Source of the DNA: a bacterium | Lineage (GTDB): Bacteria; Patescibacteriota; Minisyncoccia; Phycocordibacterales; JBBTRF01 | DNA length: 61,424 bases | Assembly (NCBI GenBank): GCA_037130265.1 | Contig: JBAXTI010000002.1 | Location: forward strand, 92,870 to 154,293 | Reading direction: 5' to 3' | Shown: in pieces, positions 55,148-61,424 of the stretch | Numbering within the stretch: position 1 is the stretch's first letter | How the letters are laid out: each line of letters starts with the position of its first letter | Notes under the pieces: model-generated | The model's database searches: none | What the model was told of the DNA's origin: nothing | The model's input: the letters and a program-made list of their open reading frames with translations, nothing else | Program-made: the position numbers and the translations under genes

Positions 55148-57064
55148 ATGTCCTCACAGGTAGAGCAAATCAAGGAGCGCCTCGGCATCGCCGATGTGGT
55201 CGGGGCGTATCTCAAATTGGAGAAGGCTGGTGGGAACTATAAGGCCCGCTGTCCTTTTCATAATGAAAAAACGCCGTCGTTTTTTCTTTCGCCGGCGCGC
55301 AGTAGCTACTATTGCTTCGGCTGCGGAGCGAAGGGTGACATCTTTACCTTCGTGCAGGAGTTTGAGGGCTTGGATTTTGTCGGTGCATTGAAAGTGCTTG
55401 CTCAGAAGGCCGGTGTCGAATTGGTGAAGGAAGATCCGAAGATGCGCAGCGAGCGACAGCGATTGTTTTTGTGTTTGGAATCAGCAACAATCTTTTTTCA
55501 ACGGACCTTGTATGAGAATGCTCAGTACAAAGCGGTGGTGGAATATCTCACTGGTCGCGGGCTCACGAAAGAGACGATTAAAGAGTGGCGTATCGGCTAT
55601 GCGCCCGACGCGTGGCAGATGTTGTCCGATTATCTGAAAGGGAAACGGTTTAGTGAGCAGGACATGGAGAAGGTGGGCTTGATCAAGCCACGCGAAGCGA
55701 AAGAGGGCCCGACTAGTGCGACAGCTACTGTCGGTGCGGGTGTCGCCAGCGCTTCTGCGAGTAGTTTTGGCACCGGCTATTACGACCGTTTCCGCGGACG
55801 CATCATGTTTCCGTTGTTCGATAGCTCTGGACGAGTGATTGGTTTTTCGGGACGCATTTTTGGCGAGGATGATGGTAAGAGTGCGAAGTATCTGAACAGC
55901 CCGGAAACTGAACTCTTCAAGAAGTCGGAGATGTTGTACGGCTTTCACAAAGCGAAGTTGGGGATTCGCGAGAAGGGATATTCGATTTTGGTGGAGGGGC
56001 AGATGGATATGTTGATGTCGCAGCAGGCTGGGTTTGTGAATACGGTGGCGGTGTCGGGGACAGCGCTCACGCTGCAGCATTTGGAATTGTTGCGACGATT
56101 GTCGGAGCGAGTGGTGATGAGTTTCGATCCGGACGGCGCCGGCGTGCGTGCCGCACTGCGCGGCGCCGAGATGGCGATTGGTCTCGGTATGGAAGTCCGC
56201 GTGGCAGAATTGCCGAAAGGGGAGGACCCAGCATTGTTCATTCTCAATCATCCAGACCAGTGGCGAGAAGTGGTGGAAAAGAAGGCGATTCATGTGGTGG
56301 AGTTTGTCGTCAATCATTTGCTGTCGATGAAGTTGGACGGCCGCGCTCTCGCCAAAGAAGTTGGTGCGAAAGTGTTGCCGTTTATTGTGCGCCTGACCAG
56401 CTCGATGGAGCGATCGCATTTTGTGTCGATGATCTACAAAAAGACCGGCATCAAGGAAGAAGCTATTTGGGAAGATGTGAAGCGATTGGAAAAGATGGTG
56501 CCAGTGCAAACTGCCCAAGCTCTCCAGACGACCCAGGTTTCGCAAAAAGCGAGTACGGTAAATGTACCCGCTTCATCGACCAGTGGAAGCACGTACACAG
56601 ATTTCGTGCAAAACGCGACGCGTCGAAAACACATTGAGCGTCGACTCGCGAGTATTGTGCTGTGGCAGAATACGTTGCCGACGCCGATGTTTGGAAATGA
56701 AGAAATGATCAAGAAACTCTCAAGTGCACTCCAGCCGGTGCAGTCGGCGATTTCTGGCAACGGCCTGGTCGGAGGGGCGTCGGAAGGAATGTCTGATATT
56801 TCAGCAGAAAAGGTACTTGCGAATGTCATGGCAGAATTCCAAAAAGAGACGGAGGAATTGATCGTCGAGGCGGAGCTGTCATATGACAAATCCGAGAAAT
56901 TGGCTGAGGAAGTGAAAGAATTGCTCGAGAACTTTGTAACAGAGTGCAGCAATGAGCTCTGTGCGAAGCTCCTTTCGGACCTGCATAAGGCCCAACGGGA
57001 CGGGGATGGGCTGAAGGTGGACCAGTTGGTGACGACGCTTGCCAAGCTTAAAAAAGTGAGATAA
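55148..57064 (+). CDS. dnaG: DNA primase
   Basis: Trimmed to MSSQVEQIKERL... Zn-binding CPFHNEKTPSFFLSP..YYCFGCGAKGD and a TOPRIM EGQMDMLM. TGaTAGAAT lies 7 nt upstream. Confidence 0.93.
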   Translation: MSSQVEQIKERLGIADVVGAYLKLEKAGGNYKARCPFHNEKTPSFFLSPARSSYYCFGCGAKGDIFTFVQEFEGLDFVGALKVLAQKAGVELVKEDPKMRSERQRLFLCLESATIFFQRTLYENAQYKAVVEYLTGRGLTKETIKEWRIGYAPDAWQMLSDYLKGKRFSEQDMEKVGLIKPREAKEGPTSATATVGAGVASASASSFGTGYYDRFRGRIMFPLFDSSGRVIGFSGRIFGEDDGKSAKYLNSPETELFKKSEMLYGFHKAKLGIREKGYSILVEGQMDMLMSQQAGFVNTVAVSGTALTLQHLELLRRLSERVVMSFDPDGAGVRAALRGAEMAIGLGMEVRVAELPKGEDPALFILNHPDQWREVVEKKAIHVVEFVVNHLLSMKLDGRALAKEVGAKVLPFIVRLTSSMERSHFVSMIYKKTGIKEEAIWEDVKRLEKMVPVQTAQALQTTQVSQKASTVNVPASSTSGSTYTDFVQNATRRKHIERRLASIVLWQNTLPTPMFGNEEMIKKLSSALQPVQSAISGNGLVGGASEGMSDISAEKVLANVMAEFQKETEELIVEAELSYDKSEKLAEEVKELLENFVTECSNELCAKLLSDLHKAQRDGDGLKVDQLVTTLAKLKKVR

Positions 57065-57076
57065 AATCAACACCCT

Positions 57077-58294
57077 ATGAAGAAACAATCAAAAACCAAT
57101 CAAAAGAAGCTCAAAAAGGCCTCAAAAACGCCTAAAAAGGCCCCTAAGAAGGTTGTTTCTAGTAAAGCGGTCAAAGTCACAGCAAAGCCAGCTCCGAAGC
57201 TCCGTGGGGCTAAAAAGGCCGAAGATTTCGAAATCCGTACTCTCCGGCTCATGGCCAAGGGCAAGGATCGTGGCTTCGTGACCTATGATGAGATTTTGAA
57301 GGAGTTTCCTCACATCGAAGACGACATCACTTTCCTTGATGAATTGTATGGCAAGCTCAGTACTTCCGGCATTGATGTGCTCGAAGGTGGTGGCATGCTC
57401 GATATCAAGAACGAAGATTTGATTGTCGAGAAGAAGCATAGCTACGGTGGCAAGTCAGAGTCTTCATACGATTCCATTCAGATGTATTTGAAGGAGATCG
57501 GTCAGTACCCACTCATTCCTGCGACTGAAGAGAAGGAGCTCGCGCGACGCATTGAGAAGGGCGACAACGAAGCGAAGAATCTTCTCGCGCGAGCAAACCT
57601 CCGATTGGTGGTTTCTATTGCGAAGAAGTATGTGGGCCGATCACCAGACCTCACCTTGCTCGACCTCATTCAGGAAGGTAACCTCGGATTGTTTAAGGCC
57701 GTCGACAAGTTTGATTGGACAAAGGGATACAAGTTTTCAACCTATGCTACATGGTGGATTCGCCAGGCGATCACTCGTGCGCTCGCTGACCAGTCTCGAA
57801 CTATTCGTGTGCCGGTGCACATGGTGGAGACCATTGCGAAGTACAAGCAAGTGGTCCGACGACTCTCTCAGGACCTCGGACGTGATCCATTGCCGGAAGA
57901 GATTGCGGTAGAAATGGGACTTGATGTTGAGAAGGTGTATCAGATCGAGAAGATCGATCAGGACACTGTTTCATTGGAAAGCCCAGTTGGCGACGACGGC
58001 GATGAGAAGTCGGTGCTTGGCGACTTTTTGCCAGATGACAAGATTCTCTCGCCTGCCGAGGAATCTTCACGACGTATTTTGTCCGATCAGGTGAAAGAGA
58101 TTTTGAGCGATTTGTCTGAAAAGGAGCGTGAGATTTTGGAAATGCGACACGGCTTGGTGGACGGCATCACTCATACACTTGAGGAAGTGGGGCAGAAGTT
58201 CGGCGTCACTCGCGAGCGTATCCGACAGATTGAAGCAAAGGCTCATGAGAAGATTCGACAGCACGAGAAGATTAATCAGTTGAAGAATTACTAA
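57077..58294 (+). CDS. rpoD: RNA polymerase sigma factor RpoD (Lys-rich N-terminus)
   Basis: Region 2 ([40 protein letters not shown]) and region 4 ([22 protein letters not shown]). Confidence 0.95.
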   Translation: MKKQSKTNQKKLKKASKTPKKAPKKVVSSKAVKVTAKPAPKLRGAKKAEDFEIRTLRLMAKGKDRGFVTYDEILKEFPHIEDDITFLDELYGKLSTSGIDVLEGGGMLDIKNEDLIVEKKHSYGGKSESSYDSIQMYLKEIGQYPLIPATEEKELARRIEKGDNEAKNLLARANLRLVVSIAKKYVGRSPDLTLLDLIQEGNLGLFKAVDKFDWTKGYKFSTYATWWIRQAITRALADQSRTIRVPVHMVETIAKYKQVVRRLSQDLGRDPLPEEIAVEMGLDVEKVYQIEKIDQDTVSLESPVGDDGDEKSVLGDFLPDDKILSPAEESSRRILSDQVKEILSDLSEKEREILEMRHGLVDGITHTLEEVGQKFGVTRERIRQIEAKAHEKIRQHEKINQLKNY

Positions 58295-58295
58295 A

Positions 58296-58409
58296 AGAAA
58301 ATACAAAGCTCCCTTCCTGAGACACGCCATAAAACCTTGCTAGGATTTTGGCTCCTCTCGCCACCGTCGTGGCTGCGAGAGGTCTCCGTCAGGGAGCTTT
58401 GTCTTTTTT
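58296..58409 (+). repeat. nested-hairpin structured repeat, copy C
   Basis: Stem ACAAAGCTCCCT/AGGGAGCTTTGT plus A/T extensions. Core is ACGCCATAAAACC-TTGCTA-GGATTTTGGC TCC TCTCGCCACCGTCGTGGCTGCGAGAGG. Starts 1 nt after the rpoD stop. Confidence 0.85.
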
Positions 58410-58512
58410 ACTGTGTTTCCTTCGCCCTGCGCGATGTCTCTGAAAAACGTTTTTGTTTTGCTTGCAGTATTTCTTGCAATTGTCGTCTTTCGAAAATGGT
58501 ATAATGGGAGGG

Positions 58513-59550
58513 ATGAAAAAGAAACTCGGACAACCAAAGGTGGCCCAGAAGTCTGGTCACTCAGAATTTCTATTGTACACTGCGCCAAATGGCAAGGTGA
58601 GCGTGGAGATATTCCTGCACAATGAGACTATCTGGCTAACACAGAAGACGCTGTCGGATATTTTTGATTGTTCCGTGGACAATGTTTCACTGCATTTAAA
58701 AAATATCTTTGATGACGGAGAACTTTCCCCCGAGGCAGTTATCGAGGAATTCTCGATAACTGCCAGTGATGGTAAAAAGTACAAGACGAAACACTACAAC
58801 CTCGATGCCATCATCGCTGTCGGCTATCGGGTGAATAGTAAAAGAGCGACCCATTTTCGTATCTGGGCAACGAGTATACTCAAGGAGTATATGATCAAAG
58901 GGTTTGTGATGGATGATCATCGGCTCAAAAATCCAGACGCTACTTTCGGTGGCGATTATTTCGAAGATCAACTTACTCGCATTCGAGATATTCGTTCGAG
59001 TGAACGTAGGTTCTATCAAAAGATTTCTGATATTTATGCGACTGCTATTGATTATGATCCGAACGAAGAATGCACGAGGCAATTTTTCGCTACAGTGCAG
59101 AACAAGCTTCATTTTGCCATAAACGGAAAGACGGCCGCGGAGATTATTCATGAAAGGATAGACAGCACAAAACCGCATCTTGGTTTAACCGCATGGAAAC
59201 ATGGTCCGACTGGGCCGATTCGGAAGATGGATGTGATCGTTGCAAAAAACTACCTCGACCATACAGAATTGGACGGGCTCAATCGTATTGTGACAATGTA
59301 TCTTGATTATGCCGAATCGCAAGCCAAAAGAGGAGTAGCAATGCACATGAGAGATTGGGTAGAAAAACTCAACGCCTTTTTGCAGTTCAATGAAAGAGAA
59401 ATATTGCTTGACAATGGCCTCGTGAGCCACAAGATCGCCGTAGCTTTAGCTGAAGAAGAATTTGAAAAATACAGGATCGTCCAAGATAGGTTGTATGAAA
59501 GCGATTTTGATAAGGAGATGAAGAAGATTTTGGATAAAAAGAAGAAATAG
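58513..59550 (+). CDS. RhuM-family (virulence-protein-like) protein
   Basis: Trimmed to the ATG at 58513. EFLLYTAPNGKVSVEIFLHNETIWLTQKTLSDIF..NLDAIIAVGYRVNSKRATHFRIWATSILKEYMIKGFVMDD is characteristic of RhuM-like proteins. Confidence 0.75.
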   Translation: MKKKLGQPKVAQKSGHSEFLLYTAPNGKVSVEIFLHNETIWLTQKTLSDIFDCSVDNVSLHLKNIFDDGELSPEAVIEEFSITASDGKKYKTKHYNLDAIIAVGYRVNSKRATHFRIWATSILKEYMIKGFVMDDHRLKNPDATFGGDYFEDQLTRIRDIRSSERRFYQKISDIYATAIDYDPNEECTRQFFATVQNKLHFAINGKTAAEIIHERIDSTKPHLGLTAWKHGPTGPIRKMDVIVAKNYLDHTELDGLNRIVTMYLDYAESQAKRGVAMHMRDWVEKLNAFLQFNEREILLDNGLVSHKIAVALAEEEFEKYRIVQDRLYESDFDKEMKKILDKKKK

Positions 59551-59569
59551 ACGTAAATAAACATATTAC

Positions 59570-61424
59570 ATGTCAGAAGAATTATTTCGTACAAAATATA
59601 AGAACCTGAACCCGGCGCAGAAGAAGGCTGTCGATACGATTGAGGGGCCGGTAATGGTGATTGCAGGCCCAGGTACTGGCAAGACGACGATTTTGACGCT
59701 GCGCATTGCAAATATTTTGCGGCTGACGGATACGCCTGCGTCGGGCATATTGGCAATCACCTTCACCGACGCCGGCGTGAAAGCGATGCGTATAAAGCTC
59801 CGTGAAGTGATTGGTGCGCGGGCGGACGAAGTGCGTATCTATACTTTCCATAGTTTTGCCTCCGCAGTGATTGCTGAATTTCCAGAACATTTTGTGCACA
59901 TCGCCCGTGCGCAACAGATGACCGATATTGAGGCGCAGGAATTGGTTCGCGGTATTTTGAAAGACAAGAAATATAAAATGATTCGTCCTCTTGGCGAGCC
60001 GGATCACTATGTGAGTGGTATTCTGACATCGATTAGCAATGCGAAGCGTGAAGCACTCACGCCGGAGATGGTGCGGGATTTTGCGAAGAGTGAAGCAGAA
60101 CGAATTGCCGCCGACCCAGACTCGCTCTCGACTCGCGGTGCCACAAAGGGTCAATTGAAAGCCGATGCTCGCAAGCAAGTCGAGAAGGCAGAAAAAACGC
60201 TACTGCTCGCTGACGTGTACGAAGCCTATGAGGAGAAAAAGCGTGGGAATGGAAGTGGAAGCACAAATGATCGTGCTGTCGGTGGTGCTACTGCCGCCCG
60301 AAAGATCGACTTCGACGACCTCATTTTTGAATTACTCCAGGCAATCCGTACCGACGAGCTCCTCCACTCGCTGATCCAGGAAAAATATTTGTATTTGTTG
60401 GTGGACGAGCATCAGGATACCAATGATTCACAGAACGCGATCATTCGCGCTATCGCCGACTTTTTCGATTCGCCAAATCTATTTGTGGTGGGTGACGAGA
60501 AGCAGGCCGTCTATCGTTTTCAGGGTGCGTCGGTGCAGAACTTTTTGCAATTCCAGAATGCGTGGAAGAATATGCAGGTTATTTCACTTGAGGAAAACTA
60601 CCGTTCCCACCAGCATATTTTGGACTCGAGCTTTTCACTCATTGAAAACAATTATGCCGATGGGGAGCATCCATTGCTGCGGGTGAAGTTGCGAGCTGGA
60701 AAATCAGGGGAAGGTGCTGATGAAAAGCCTCGGCCAATCGAAGTGGTGACAGCGGGGAATTCAGCTGCGGCGGATATGGCACTCGTTGCGCTGCTCAAGG
60801 AATTCATCGCAAAAAGTGCAAAAAATGCGGAAAGCTCAAGCGAAAAAACCGCAGCCATCATTGTTCGACGCAATCGTGATGTGGAGCGACTGGCGACTTT
60901 GTGCGAAGCGAATGGCGTGTATGCGGCGTCGGAACGTGGAATCAATATTTTCTTGCACCCGATCGGCGCTCTCTTTTTCGACCTCATTCATTTCTTGCAC
61001 GACCCATCCCAAACAGAAAGCTTGGCAGTGACGCTCGCTTCGGGACTGTGGGGTGTGGAATTTGCTCGTGCGGCGGAATTGATTCGGCTTGCGAAAAGCG
61101 GTAAGGGAGCGTCAGCGACACTTACCCACGGGGGCAAAGGTACGGAGGTGCTGGCTGCGTTGCCAATCGTGGCGACAGTGCGAGAAGAAATGACCCAACG
61201 TGGCGGTCTGGCTTTTTTGGTCTATGCAACAGAACAGAGCGGGCTGTTGCCGGTGATTGCCAAAAGTCCGGCCAATACGGAAGTGTGGCGAGGGATTGTT
61301 GCTTTGGCGACAGAGCTTGCTGGTCGTGATCGCGCGTACGCCGATGATCCACGCCGACTCATCGAAGCATTGCTCTCATATCGTGCGACTGCCGAGACTC
61401 GCAGCGTAAAGATTCTTTCCGGTA
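59570..61424 (+). CDS. UvrD/PcrA/Rep-family DNA helicase, N-terminal ~618 aa (ORF open at right window edge)
   Basis: Hand translation stays open from the ATG at 59570 to the window end, so it is absent from the track (no stop). AGPGTGKTT (Walker A), LLVDEHQDTN (motif II), VGDEKQAVYRFQGA and ENYRSHQHIL. Confidence 0.85.
   Translation, partial: MSEELFRTKYKNLNPAQKKAVDTIEGPVMVIAGPGTGKTTILTLRIANILRLTDTPASGILAITFTDAGVKAMRIKLREVIGARADEVRIYTFHSFASAVIAEFPEHFVHIARAQQMTDIEAQELVRGILKDKKYKMIRPLGEPDHYVSGILTSISNAKREALTPEMVRDFAKSEAERIAADPDSLSTRGATKGQLKADARKQVEKAEKTLLLADVYEAYEEKKRGNGSGSTNDRAVGGATAARKIDFDDLIFELLQAIRTDELLHSLIQEKYLYLLVDEHQDTNDSQNAIIRAIADFFDSPNLFVVGDEKQAVYRFQGASVQNFLQFQNAWKNMQVISLEENYRSHQHILDSSFSLIENNYADGEHPLLRVKLRAGKSGEGADEKPRPIEVVTAGNSAAADMALVALLKEFIAKSAKNAESSSEKTAAIIVRRNRDVERLATLCEANGVYAASERGINIFLHPIGALFFDLIHFLHDPSQTESLAVTLASGLWGVEFARAAELIRLAKSGKGASATLTHGGKGTEVLAALPIVATVREEMTQRGGLAFLVYATEQSGLLPVIAKSPANTEVWRGIVALATELAGRDRAYADDPRRLIEALLSYRATAETRSVKILSG

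Noticed and set aside
55481-56545. Long antisense or overlapping ORFs inside housekeeping genes, for example 55481-56545 (minus, in dnaG), 50155-50790 and 52519-53076 (minus, in rpoB and rpoC), 31925-32632 (plus, in dnaE), 27723-28475 (plus, in thrS) and 20176-20982 (minus, in gyrB)
   Set aside because: Each lies wholly within a confidently identified gene on the other strand or frame. They have low-complexity or His/Arg-rich composition and no recognisable motifs.

Overview
Gene-dense 61.4-kb bacterial chromosomal segment, standard genetic code. Most genes are information-processing housekeeping genes: rplY, rpmE, prfA, rpsB-tsf, tRNA-Thr, pheS and pheT, gyrB, thrS, dnaE, rnhB, rpmF, nusB, rnc, smc, rnr, rpsP, trmD, rpoB-rpoC and dnaG-rpoD. 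A few central-metabolism genes are present: a split transketolase, a PfkB kinase, a class II aldolase and a 2-hydroxyacid dehydrogenase. The shortened proteins (245-aa PheS, 195-aa EF-Ts, 768-aa SMC), the split transketolase, a sortase cluster and a DUF5674-like ORF suggest a streamlined Patescibacteria/CPR-like genome; this is inference only. The main accessory content is a diversity-generating retroelement (DGR) inserted between pheS and pheT. It comprises a target gene with a C-terminal variable repeat (VR), a template repeat (TR), an inverted Avd-like gene and a DGR-type reverse transcriptase (RT). A second, remote target gene sits downstream of gyrB and carries its own VR and the same 3' recognition and terminator module. 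Other notable items: (1) a six-copy family of 105-128-nt nested-hairpin elements placed right after stop codons, with clear helix covariation; (2) three copies of a perfect 51-57-nt palindrome; (3) a 143-aa mini-intein in DnaE; (4) a T-box-like attenuator leader on thrS; (5) an odd tRNA-like element upstream of dnaE; (6) a NusB-Nudix fusion; (7) a hinge-less SMC; (8) a genome-wide habit of placing TGnTAnnnT -10 boxes 6-9 nt before the ATG, implying leaderless mRNAs. No rRNA, CRISPR array or transposase was seen. All coordinates were derived by hand and cross-checked against the ORF track.
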